NCBI GenBank assembly: GCA_002104905.1
Contig: MCFE01000063.1
Span: 1-64,000 of the forward strand
Length of the DNA stretch: 64,000 nt
Reading direction: 5' to 3'
DNA from: Basidiobolus meristosporus CBS 931.73
Lineage: Eukaryota > Fungi > Basidiobolomycota
In this document: in pieces, positions 50,165 through 63,163 of the stretch
How the letters are laid out: every line of letters begins with the position of its first letter
How positions within the stretch are numbered: position 1 is the first letter of the stretch
Notes under the pieces: generated by a model
What the model saw: the letters and a program-made list of their open reading frames with translations, nothing else
What the model was told of the DNA's origin: nothing
Database searches by the model: none
Made by a program: the position numbers and the translations under genes

Positions 50165-53100
50165 TCACAACCGGTGGCAACATTGCATTTGCCCTGTAGA
50201 AATAGGTTCTTTATATTCGGATTAAATTTTGGTTACTTCAACTCTACCCCCTTGCCAACTGCAGTGTGGTATACAAGATAATATACCCTAGGCATCCTTC
50301 TGTCACGTATGCTCGGTCTTTCACGAATTTGATATGTAGAGCTATGAGTGTATTGGTCAAAGAGTTCGGTTTTCTGTTTGTTTATATGGTTATACACTAT
50401 ACAACCTATGGTTTTCGGTAACTTAAGCATTCTGTAGGATACGGGGTGATTGAGTATACACGTGTGGAAACTTCTTCACTAGGATATGTACATAGAATAG
50501 GATAGACTGGGGTTTGGGGAAATATAACAAATAATCAGTTACTGCAAGCAACAACTGTGATGCCGGATTCGTCTGAGCTCAGCAGAGTTTCTTGTCCAGC
50601 AGAAAGAAGGCGATATTAATAGATCCAGGTGGCGAATTCAAATTCCAGTTCACGATCAATGGTCTCTTGCAAATTTTGCAAGCAAGGCGCATCAGGGCCA
50701 AGGACGTGTCTAGGAATCACCAACGCTTGTGAGGCAACTGCATAGCTTAAAATTAGATAAACAAACCGAATGTTCATCGCGGTTGGGTTTTGATGAAAAA
50801 TAAAGGGGTACTACTGTAACGAGCAATGGATGTAGAGTTACTAGCAGCTTTTATATCTGAAACGATCTGAAAATTTGATAGGGAAAAAGTACGATTCCAT
50901 ATTCTGAAACCGCAACGATTGATTTGACGAATGCAAATCTAGCTTTCAACATAGAGCAAGCTGAACCCTTAGGGTATGTTGAAGTAGTGTTGGGGACAAA
51001 AGTCAGCGGGTCTCAGCGAACTCTTGATGCTTCCTATTAATGTGGCACAAATTAAGAATAGTGACACTATGTCACTCGAGAAACTTGTTCCGTACCCTTG
51101 CAGCGACACACCAAAACAGAATAGACTGTGACTCATCGTGTGACATCCAGATCGTATGCTTTTAAACTTCCAATACGGAATATTAGGACTGGACATAGCT
51201 ACTTGGTAGTCATTGCCAATTATGGATATATTTTGCTGCTGTCCAACAAACATCTCCTTAATTGAAGATTTGTATCGCACATCGAATAGGAGTAAGCGTA
51301 TCTGTCATCAACCAGGCTATCACCTAGGACTTTGACTCTCACTATTGGGTGCATTCTATAAAACTTGGTATCTCAGCAGCTTTCGTGTGTGTTCACCACT
51401 ACATTGGTAGATGTTTTCGATGCCCCTCATTTTGGCCAGGAGAGCATGGGCACCCACTATGATTTGCTGGATGGCAGTTTATGCCCCGAAGAGCACGAAA
51501 AGAGACGCAGCAGTAATGAGGGCATATTGTTTGCGATCCTGTGAGCGAAGAGGAAAACAGTAGCCTCAAGGATGCGTTTCGTAGTTGAAGTTTGCCAGAA
51601 ATGGGATTAAAATCTTACTGGGATAGAGTACATCCTGGTGCTTATTACCTATTTGGCAAGTGGCCGTGGAACCTGGCGAGCCGCTGATTAAGCTCAATAC
51701 ATCTCCGCAACAGGGCAAATTCCAGATCATCCCCACTCAGAATCTATGAAGCAATCTATTGTGCACTCTGGATGCATAGCTGCCGGTTGTGGGTATTCTC
51801 AGGGAACGAATGATTTCCATGTCTTGGAGCATTGTGCTAGATTGAAGTACTGTGAAATCGAACACATATTTAGTTGCACAGAGTATACATGTACACCCAT
51901 TCTTTCCATCATTGCGTAGATTAATAGGAATATGCACACACTAATTAAATGGGTAACCATCCTCCACTTGACACTCTTCAAGAAGTAGTCGTAAGGTAGG
52001 CTTGGCTGGCTCATCCTTTTCAACTTCAGCTGCCTCCCAAAGCATCCTTGAGCAAATATACCATTCTACGCCGGTGCATTTGGCGGTTCTTTTTTGTTGT
52101 TTTGCCAAGGCATCATCAAATTGGCAACAATTGATCTAGGAACAATCCAGGATGAACGATCGTTACCATTTATTAACAAATTAATCTATTCTGCTGGTCA
52201 ACCACCAGGTGCTACATTAAAACAAGCTGAGAATGAGTAACAGAGTAACACACTCTATTTAGTACTTCATATCTGGCTCTGGTGTTCACGGGTTGGTGGG
52301 GACCGACGTTGATCTTATGGAAAGTGTTCAAAGAATCTTTTCAGTCTAGCCCCTCATGTTTCTTGACCAGCGAGGGCTTCTGAGTCGAGGCATCCCGTAT
52401 GAAGATCTAAATATCATAGTACTAGTAATTCAACAAGCCTACACAAGGCGCGGATGGAACATGTTCGATTACCATTCGAATGAACATTTGAAGGCCGGAT
52501 AACGGATGTATTGCATACCATGGCCCACCAATCTCTATTCCATATACAAAGTAGAATTAACTTTAGGAAGCCGCATAATGCTTCCATCAAATCCAGAGGG
52601 ATTTTTCGGATCCAGGTGTGAGTTTGGGGACGCATTTGACCGTAAGTAGTATTCATTGTGCATCCACTGCAGGCACCCTCTTGATACGGGCTCTCAGAAT
52701 CACTATATCACATAGAGGCTGGCGCAACACTTGGGATTGGTTTCCTCCTTTTTCTATTCGTTTAATTTAAACCGAGTCTTTGTTTATTGCCCAAGTTAGA
52801 TAAAATCTCGACTCATTACTCCAGGAACGATGGGGTTTATAGGTCAGCTTTGCACCATTTGACCACATTGATTCTGTCTGGTTGTTGGAATTACCTGCTC
52901 CTCAAGGAATATTCAGCCACGTAGGGGATACTGATGTCTATGACGACAGAAGTAGATCAGCAAATCCTGTCTCCGGTAAGCAAACGGATGAACCGTGGAC
53001 TTCAAACATCCCCATTTACGGAGGTTGTCTTGTTAGAGATCCACTGATATCACTCATCGACAGGGACTCAGTGGATGCTTTCCCACATGGAAGTAGCCGA

Positions 53101-54565
53101 GGGGTAGGTATGCAGTAGTATGCAAAGGTTGCCAACTTTGGGGCATCTGCTATGATGTCAAGAATGGTCTAGAGTACTCTGATACTGCATGAATTAGGGT
53201 TATTAAGCTCCTCTGATGACTTTCCTTCCTGGTCCGTTAGTTCTACCCAGTAGGGCCGTGGTGCTCCATCGGGATCTAGTCGATTCCGGAGGATGGTCTC
53301 ATTCCACTACAATGCGAATGATTAAAGGTGTAATGGTTTGTGCTCTCGATATATAGATAGATATGTACATGAATACCTGGCTAAAAGATGGATTCTGAGG
53401 AACAGAAGGGATACTTTCGGATGCTTTCATGCTGAAACAAAAATGACTCCATCTCGGCAAGCACAGAAAATCATTGTCATATAGCAAGAAAATTCTCTGT
53501 TGCATGGGGTTGGGCTTTCTTCCTAGAAGCATTGGAATATGTGTAGGACAGTCTACAACCATCATTGGTCTTCTCGAAGTGAGTATGACCACCTGAAGAT
53601 TAAACAATGGATCTACATTCGTGTTTGACTTTGCTGGTTGCATAGCAGATAACGGTTTCAAGTTATTTTTTCATTCTGTCAGTATGTTGCTGTTTTGTAT
53701 ATGTACTATTGACGGAGTATTGTGGGCCTGGTGAAGGTCCGTCGTGCCATATGAGCAAAGGGCAGGGTGATCTACTAAATGTAATATCGGACATTCCAAG
53801 CTCGGAAAATTTCATTTAAATGGTGCAGATGTTATAAGAGCTATAAGCTTTATTGCCTGCAGTTACCTTTACTGGACAAAGGCACCTAATCGTCAAGGCC
53901 CGTACGCTTTATTGAACCAACTTTGGCGCCTATATTGCCACGAATCCGCCAGCCCAGGGGAATGGCGGGTTCTTATTCCCATTCCGGAAAGATGGTAATC
54001 GGAAAAGATTGTATACCATCTGTGGATTAGTACTCCATACTCTATGCCACAAGGGTGAACTGTGCATGACGTTTTGTATAAGAAGTGTAGGCAGAATTTA
54101 GCCAAAGGTAATATCATCAGTGTCACACAGCACACATGTTGATAGATTAAAACAATTCAAGGTCTAAAACGGTAAACAAGATGTTCAACCGATATTTATC
54201 GCCTTGCTACATACATGTATAATATAGCAACTCATGTATGCCGAGAAAGCATATTTTCTCTCCCAGTGCCTATACTGTGCTTGTTTCTGCAGTTTCAGAT
54301 CCCCTTAGACAGAATTCTCCTGGTTTGGTTTTCTAAATTTTGGTTAAAGATAGAGACGACGACCTCATCTTCTATTCCTTTTCAACCCACCATCCCTGTC
54401 ATCATTTTTGCCTTCTATTTTACACTTCGCCAAACCAAGAAGTGCTGGCTTAGACACTGTAACCCTATTCTCTTCCTTTATGGACCTTCGATAAGCCGAT
54501 TTTCTCCGCGCTCATAAATTGCCACAATACCAACCCTGACGAGAGTGCTCAAAGGGGTATAGAAA

Positions 54566-55509
54566 ATGAGCAGTCCAGCCCTCACAACGGCACCCGTAGA
54601 TGATCAATTAATCCCACCAAGAACTTCCTCCATGGTGGGAACGGGCATCCTAGAGGTGGATGATGAAGGAAATTTAGTCACCCCTCGACCAGTTAGAGGT
54701 GTTAGCATGGTTTCCACATCGCATCCGACCCCCACAGAGAATAATGCCAGTAGCCTGAATGATTCCACAAACGATTCATCACATCAACCTGCGATTCCTG
54801 TTGGGATTCTTTCCCGACATATCCTCCAAAAAAAGCATCTACGACAGCAGTTTCTATTGCACATTGCGGCGGAGATTCTCATCACCACTGGGGTAATCAC
54901 GATACTCAAGCAAGTCACTGTGGTATCCTGGATTATCTGGGTGGTAATTTCCTTTGTGCTGTTAGTACTCTTTCCCTTTCAACTTTGGGTAAATATCTGG
55001 ACTACTATCAACTTTCCGTGCCATGGCTAAATCGCTTCAATTTTCGAAAGAAATATAAAACTAGGGTTCGAGTCTTGAATGTTAAATTACAGCATGAGCT
55101 GGACACGTACCTAACTCTTATAAGAACATATGCACGAGCGGACAATGAAGAGTATGAATACGATCCCCTCCACTTAGTCCCCCCACCGCCGACATACGCG
55201 ATAGCCAAGGAGCAACCACCTGCATACTTCGTACCCCCGACAAATGACCAGACCCAGCGAGCCTCTAGTATAACCAGACCAAATGAACTGAGTTTGAGCC
55301 ATAGGCTTAGGGCAAGTATAATCTCTATAGACAATACCACCGTTGGTATGTCACAGGTTGTCAATCGTACGAACAGCATAGCAGAGCATGGTCCAACCAC
55401 CACTGACTTCAGGCCACCTAGCTACCGAAGTACTGAGAGTGGGGTGGGGCGATCTTCGGAGTCGAATATGGTCATAACCCTGGAAAGAGACGAACGTATC
55501 GTTTTGTAA
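54566..55509 (+). CDS. Two-TM membrane protein with C-terminal PPxY motifs (2 exons)
   Basis: The overlapping ORFs 54566..55030 and 54985..55509 join in phase through intron 54989-55050 (GTAAAT..GCTAAAT..AAG). Two hydrophobic helices; PPTY, PPAY and PPSY in the tail. Confidence 0.65.
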
Positions 55510-56473
55510 GCGCGGTCGCTACCTAAGTTAACGGCGGACTCTTCACCAATAAACGGCTTAATACCCCTCCCACAATATGATTGACAATTTGAACTCCCAC
55601 TTACGGAAATTCCGCACCCATCATTTCTTCTACATATACACCATTCAACAGGAGTTTCAGCTTCCAACCTATCTATTAATGATTAAAGAGGCAAACCGAC
55701 GTTCTGACTTCCATAAACAGATTTGACCAGCCAATCTCATGCTATGCATTTCTTTCGCCCTAATCACCACCAAGGCCTATTACTCCGTTGGCTTGATATC
55801 CACATGGTCTTCCATCGCTAGAGTAGCCGAATCTACTCATTCTCCAGTCGAGCTGAATCAAAAGGAGTGTATCCCATGTATCATTGTGGCTGTCCAAATA
55901 AGGTGTAATGGTGTGTGGTATAATGAAGAACATGTTTTATCATTTGCTATCACTGCACTCACTCTCCAAATATCAAGGGAGGTGTTGTCTTATGCAGCAA
56001 ATTAGAGCCTAGCGAGTAGATTGAAATTTGGGAGCATGAGTCAGGATGGGTGTAATGAGTACTAAAAGGGAAGTACAGTGTTGTCTGACGAAGCAGTTGA
56101 CTTTACATTTAATCCTTTTCTGCACTGGATGGCTACTACTCCTCGGCATCCGATGACCAACACCCCTCTTCTCCCCAGTGCGGACTAGCACGAATCCACG
56201 GTCTCAGAACAGATTGGTTTGGGCCGGGCTCAAGAAAACATAAATATTTTGCGGGATATTGTATATGGATCAACTGCATTCATCAGCATTACCGGAAATC
56301 CGATGGCTTGCACAAGATGGCTGCGTTGCGGGGAATGTATGTGGTGTCAGAATCACAGGGTCACCAAAGCTAAGCGTATAGATCGATCAACAAAATAAGC
56401 GGGAATAATATTACTATTTTCAAAATTCCGAAGCTTGTGAAGCTTATTAAATAGTTTTGACCGGAAATGCAGG

Positions 56474-56767
56474 TCAGACAGAGCTACGAAGCGCCATGGT
56501 CGCTAAGAGCATTTCCTCCTCGTCAATCTCGTCACCTAGATATCGGCGCACGTGTCGGGTCTGCTTAGCAAAATAATACTTGTACTCGAATGTGAGATCT
56601 TGAGGAACGACGTTGTGTTCTTTGTATGCCTCTTGCTGTGTGGTGCTTTTATGGTCCGAATGGCCATCGATTGGAATGTCGGTGCTACGTGGGTGGAGTG
56701 GGGCACAGAGGGCGGTGTGAGGGTGGAAAATCGAAAGGCATCCCAACCAAAATCCAAATCTTTTCAT
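56474..56767 (-). CDS. Small putative secreted protein
   Basis: 97-aa ORF with a signal-peptide-like start (MKRFGFWLGCLSIF..ALCA|PLHPR). No family recognised. Confidence 0.35.
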   Translation of the reverse strand: MKRFGFWLGCLSIFHPHTALCAPLHPRSTDIPIDGHSDHKSTTQQEAYKEHNVVPQDLTFEYKYYFAKQTRHVRRYLGDEIDEEEMLLATMALRSSV

Positions 56768-57740
56768 CGGAGGCTAAATTCGCTTTCGTGCTAGGTTGGT
56801 GCAGACAGGAAACCGAACATATGCTCATTTATATCAATCATAATGAAGCTTATCGAGCGGAGTGATGCATGGCGCGCAGATACATCAGCCTCTGGCGTAC
56901 ATCAATGAATAATTTGTAGCTGGACTCCAAAGATTCGCCACACATACAGTTTTGCAAATTGCATTTCCCTGGATTCGCTAGATCTACGTCGAATCTCCCC
57001 TAGCCCCATTAGTAGAGCACGCTTGTCCTAAAAACCGGAATGGATTCTGATGTGCTCCTCACTACGATGGAAGCCTATTGATCATGCCAAGATGGAACAA
57101 AGCTATATTGGCATCCAACCTTGGTTTTCCCCATTGGCTGGCTGGCCAACTCCTAAGGTGCATCGCCGCAATTGATCGCAGCAACAATCAATGGGTTGGC
57201 CTCTGATGTGGATTATATTAGTTCAGCCATACAGACTGGAGCACACAGCCAGGAATTCGTCGCCGTTCCGTAAATGGATTTGTGCTGAATGGGGTCCCTA
57301 ACATCAGATGAAGTGACGAGCTCGAAGTGATTGCATCGCGATCTGATTCATGGTGTAATGGGCGAAGCTGATTGGCTTGATGCTGGTAGATTTTTGATCA
57401 GCAACCGCGTCCATTTGCGCGTAATTCATTAAGCCAGATCATAAATAGAATCAACGGACATTGCTGGGCATGATTGAGCCTTTCCAAAATGCAATACAGC
57501 TTGGATCGAATGAACGAAGATTCAGCAAGGTTTCACAAGAAACTCCACGGCGTGCACGTTGACATGCTGTTTATCTGACTGAGCTGATGCAGCTCAACGC
57601 TTAACAAATGACTACTCTGGTGGGAAATTCGGGTGGCCGTGGGGATCAATGATGGGGTTTGGCCCACTGCCTATATCTACAGGCCATGCTCGCTGTTTGA
57701 GTTGAGTTTAGCTTGTAACTCACCCGTGCTACTACTAGCA

Positions 57741-60036
57741 ATGCGTACATCACCGCGTCGGAGCGCTGCCCAAAAATCCAAACGATCTTCGGTCGAACAG
57801 GTGGAGGTGCTGATCGTTGGGGCGGGTAAAAATAGCTTAAGTGGCTGATTCGCTTGCATTTTCAATCTAATCGTCACTTGGGTCGTTAGGAAGCACTGGC
57901 CTATTTCTAGCAAATGAAATGGCCTCTCTTAACATTTCATTTCGAATAATTGAATCCTCCGAGGGGATTCCGCCATTTGGTAAAGGAATGGGCCTTTCAG
58001 CACGGTCATTGGAGATCCTAAATAACAGGTTGCTATTCTTTGTAAGCACATCCGTTGGCCGGTTGATTAACGAGGGGATAGAAATATGTTGGATTCGTTT
58101 CTACAGAAAGGCCGACCTCTCAGTTCCTATGCCCTACGTCATAAAGGGATGGAGGTATGCGAATCATGTGTGATATTGGCAAAGATTTCCTAGCGCTCTA
58201 AACAACAACCACTCTTTGCTTAGTTTGCTTCACTCCCAGCCTTTAGCTCCGATACTCCATTTCCCTTCAGCTTGTTGCTGTCTGAGGTCGAGGTGGCCAA
58301 ATGCCTGGAGCAGGAGCTTGTGAAAAAAACTCAGCAGGGCTCGATTGTGGAGTATTCAACTACATTGATCAAATACAGCGAAAGCTACAATAGAGTCCGG
58401 GCATTTCTACAACATGAAAAGAATGGCTGTGAAATTATCGAGTGCCAGTACATCATTGGTTGTGATGGTATAGATTCAGTTGTCAGAACAGGCTTACACA
58501 ATGATTGGGATTTCGAGGGTAACTCTCAACCAAACCCAAAGGTTGCCGAAGCTGGAACTAAACTTGGCTTTAGCCTTCTCTAGTATCGGACTGTGGGTGC
58601 TAGGAGACGTGACAATAGATAGCCCGGACATTGATGACGAGGAAGTAACGATCTTTCTTCATGAAGAAGGTAAATCTGATACGGACTCTTTCACCCCACC
58701 AGTGATTCGCTAAAGCTATCACTAGGCCTATTGACATTTTACCCCTTTCAGTCCCACAATCACCGTTTCCGCATTGTCGCCAACCTGCAGGATATGAACT
58801 ATAGAAAAGTGATGCTGTCTGACCCAAAGATACCGATCGGTAAAACGCTGTCGACCTCCTCGGAGAAGTCGATAAACCTCGAGTTCAACCGCCTAACTCT
58901 CATCGAGCTTCAGAATCTGATCCAAGAGAGAGTCACCGTTGGCAAGGTGACAGTTGAGACCACCACTTGGACGAGCTATTTCAGCCCTCTTGAAGGAAAA
59001 GCGACCGGATTTAGAAGAGGACGTGCGTTTTTATGTGGAGGTAAATTGTTACGATAGACCATTCAGTATAGCACGTCACTCAGGTGGTTGAATTGCAGAT
59101 GCCGCCCACTCTCACTCGCCGATCTCGGGCTTTGGCCACGATCTGGGTAGATATTGGCTGAAAAGCGGGCTCAAGAGAAACAACTAATCTTTGCGTACAG
59201 GTATCCAGGATGCACACAACTTGGCCTGGAAGCTGTTCCTTGTTCTGACCGGTAGAGCCTCAAATTCCGATCTATTCCTCGACTCCTATTCGGCCGAGCG
59301 CGAACCGGTTGCTGTGGCGGCGATTCAGAAGACCATTGGAGTAGCCACTCTACTTGCAAAGCAGGGAAGTGCCATAGATCTGATCAGAACATATGTTGTT
59401 TCCCAGGTGTCACGTATCAAGCTTCTGGGGCAACTGATCAACAGTGAGGTGCTTCAAACAAATCCAAGTTACAGCCAGTCCCCCATCATCGAGTACCCAC
59501 TGGAGCACAAAGAGGGAATGGGAAGATATCTTGAAGCAAGTATTTGGCCTGCTCTGAGTTTGAGTTCACCCAGAATACTTCCCGGATACTATCTGCCAGA
59601 CACTATACTGCGATCGCTCAAGATACAGCCTGGAAAAGATACCTTCACCCTGTATTCGAGACTGACCGAGAAGATCAGCTTCTTTCTTCTCCTTCTGACG
59701 TCGACGCGGAGTATCGTGCCGAAAAAAAACCCTTCTTTTGCGGGGTATCAGGAGGTTGTTGAGAGGTTTGCAGATATCATAAGACCGATGGTAATCGCAC
59801 TGCCAAGTGTGGAATACACTGAGGCGGAAGAGTTCTTGATAACATGTAAGGAATTTCAAGTCGGTGTGGAGCCATCTGGGAAGCTTCATTCCTTGGTAGG
59901 ATGCGGGCCAGGTGATATGGCAGCCATGGTTGTCAGACCGGATCTCTATGTTGCAGCCATATTCAAGCAGGGAATGTGTGTGGATATTGCCGGCGAATTG
60001 AATAGCTTCCTGAGAGGCCAATTCCTTCAATTCTAA
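57741..60036 (+). CDS. FAD-dependent aromatic monooxygenase (FAD_binding_3, PheA/TfdB-like), multi-exon
   Basis: Spliced VLIVGA|GSTG, GCDGIDSVVR, RAFLCG|DAAHSHSP, GIQDAHNLAWKL, LDSYSAER and C-terminal VVRPDLYVA. Confidence 0.88.
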
Positions 60037-60347
60037 GGGCAATTCCCAAACTAACTGATTACTTGTTGGGTGATGGGCATGTGTCATCCGATGATTCAAT
60101 GGGCATACCACCAGTTCCGATTATTTGTAGCGAGTAGACGCCGTACGTATACACTCAATTCCAGCTAATAAAGTTTAAAGTTGGCCAATAAGTATCAACT
60201 TGTTGATTGAAAAGTCCGTTGAACTGCACCAATGACGATGATCGGCCGCTCCCACATGGGTGATGTGGCAGAGTTAGGTAATTGGTTGTAGAGGGGAAGG
60301 CAAACCCTCAGAATTTCCTTTATATATCGAACATTAGCGTTGCTGGG

Positions 60348-60638
60348 ATGTTTCTACATTCGCGCATGATGTCCGATTCCAAATCCCTTTCCAACAAATC
60401 AAGACCTCGCCGGGCTTCTCTTGGCGAGTCTCTGGACCTTCCGGAGACCAGAGGAGGTACCTTGAGTTATGTCGAAACTGTCCAACCTGAGGTATCGTGC
60501 CAACTACCTCCAAGTGCTCTACCAGAGTTCGTCAAAGAGTCACAGCCCTTGCTCACGAAGCAAGATATGCATAAATCTATCGGTCTTGAGAATCCCGAAG
60601 ACGTGCATAGAGGTGACAACACGCAAAAACTAGACTAA
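60348..60638 (+). CDS. Small hypothetical protein
   Basis: 96-codon ORF after a TATATA element, Ser/Arg-rich (RRASL). No family recognised. Confidence 0.3.
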   Translation: MFLHSRMMSDSKSLSNKSRPRRASLGESLDLPETRGGTLSYVETVQPEVSCQLPPSALPEFVKESQPLLTKQDMHKSIGLENPEDVHRGDNTQKLD

Positions 60639-62877
60639 GCAGCTGACCACACTGCACACGTGTCCAGCCGTATTTCTTCCACACAACCAAACCTGATCAT
60701 GGTCTTGGGATAGCTATCTGATTGTACGCCGAATCCAGCTCATGTTTACAAGTCATTAGACACGTGTGCCGCTGATAGGTTATTACCATCATGACTTTTC
60801 AGTTGATGTGAAAGCGTGTACACTTGTTCATTATCCCATAGGCGAATGAATAAAGCATCACTGTGGGTTGATATTGCGGCGTTATGTTATATCAATATCA
60901 ATATCACACACCATCACGACATCCCGTCTAGAAGATGGATAGCAACATGTACATGCTCATGAGAAACTTGATCGCGGTGACGAGCATTGAAAGCTGCGTT
61001 AACGTCTGAGAAAAATAGCGCGAGCCAGCGGTTCCGATTATGTGGCGTATGCCTGCTGTTGCTGGACCCGCAACAGCCAAGTATTCTGGCAACGAGCTAA
61101 CCTCGCTGGTAACTAATGGAAAACAGTCTCACAGATGATGAATCAGTTCGTATATTTGAATCACAATTCTCACTTTCTCCTGTGGTATCTAGATCGCGAT
61201 GACCAATTATCACTGGCGTGATGTCAGTGTCTTAGGCTAAGGGGCAACGCAAATGGACCATGCTTGTCCAATTGTTAGCGTGAGTATTAATAACAATGAG
61301 ATGGAGATATCTGCTCTCCATATGCAAATTCATGAACCAACCTCACTAAGCTGGTTTGACAAGACTTCATTCTAACGCTGACATATGTTAGGGTGGCATA
61401 TGATTCTTGACTTTACTAAGGGGGGTGTGAGACATGACTACATTATTGGCTTAATTACGCCGCTGACCATCTGGTATTTGGTACGAGCTCTATGGTGCTA
61501 TTAATCACAAGATTACTCAAACCACTCCGGCCATTCAGTTTGCTAATCATTCAATCGTATCTGTAAGGAAAGAGCTACCCAAATCTGCATATTAATAAAA
61601 GGTTTCGAAGCATTATTTGAGCTGTATTTGTGAACACCAACCTTGGGCTGAGAAAGCGACTAAAGAAGACCTCAGACAGCTGCATACAAGGATATCATCC
61701 AACTTCCAGGATTCTGAAGTATCAGAGAATTTGTTAAGATCTTGCAGCTCACGCTGCAAATTTGGATTCTAGCAGTTAGCTAAGTAGAAACATGAGGGCA
61801 ACACATCTAATGATGTTACATAGAAGAAATGTGCTCAAGAACCCAGAAATAGCTTAAAACTTGGCATACTCATTTTCACTGAAATGATGGACTTATACAG
61901 TTTGAATTAAGTTACTGTAATTACTCATGAGCTGTTGCTTACCAATCACTGGACTGTTTACTTTTACAATATTCTTTTACTAGTTTCTTGGAGCACTTTC
62001 ACAGAAGTATACAAGTTATTTAGATCAAAAACACTAGATACTGATATGCTGATAGTGCTGCATTAATGGTGGCACTATTCATATCCAAGTATTCAACAAA
62101 TTTGCCATAAGACAAACAGCTAGCTAGATCAAGAATACAAGCTATTTAGGTTGCTTATGTACCCAGCTTACCAATTGCAAAATCATTGATTGATGGAACT
62201 CTACATGTACCATGACCAGCATTGGACTGATCTCTACACTATGGAGGAATAGTTTCATAAAGCAGAGAAGTCAGAAGTGTGGCTGCTTGTAGAATTGACT
62301 AAGCAGCCTGTAAGACCAAATAGGTCCCAGCCCAGTTCCTAGTTGAACCTTACCTATAAATTTTCTTACTATACTTGGTGCCTAAGCATTGTTATCAAAG
62401 TATTTGAGAAAATAGTCAACCTAAAACTGCTTGATATATACCTGAAGTCATCCAGAACCTCTTCTGAGCATTTGGAATGCCCATGTTTCTTGGGATATAT
62501 GTCTAACACATGTGTAGAATTCTAGAAAAAAGGCTACTCAAAGCCTGCAAAACACTAGCATGATGCTAGTTAAACTCTATGGTTCTCACTGCTTAAACTA
62601 TCTCTATCTTAGATTTCAGCTATTTGGTGGAGATGAAGAAATAATCCATAGCAGGAGGCTACACAGAGAAACATTCAAGCCCAATTTAGTAATAAGACAC
62701 CCACTGCTTCCACAACAACTTTCAACTAAAATGTGAAGCAAAAATACTAGCTGAATACCAGCAAAACACAATTCAAATACTGACTGAATACTTCTATGAA
62801 TGCACACAAGGGAGGAGGTATGGAAAGGCATGGCAGCAGAGGACCCAGGTGTGGACCATTGAGTCAAGGCAAGGTTC

Positions 62878-63163
62878 TGTTGTAAGCTTTGTAATTACAC
62901 CTAAATACATGCCTAGTTTAGTCACTTGGATCATTACTAACAAATTTTTGAGAATTCCAAACCAGTTCCTGTTGGGATTTACTTGAAATATATTTACCAC
63001 AACATCTAGTACCCAGAACATCAAAATTCTCAGGACTGTCCATATTGTTTCAGACTCCACACACAAGTTCATAGGACCTTCTTGAAAATATCTTACATGC
63101 TTGTTTGCCAAGACAATGTAAAGTAAAATTAGTACTTTTATACTGAATAGATCACTTAGTGAC
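62878..63163 (+). mobile_element. Old Copia LTR truncated by insertion of a younger element
   Basis: Starts TGTTGTAAGC and is colinear with the family LTR up to ..CACTTAGTGAC, where the reverse LTR at 63164 begins. Confidence 0.8.
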
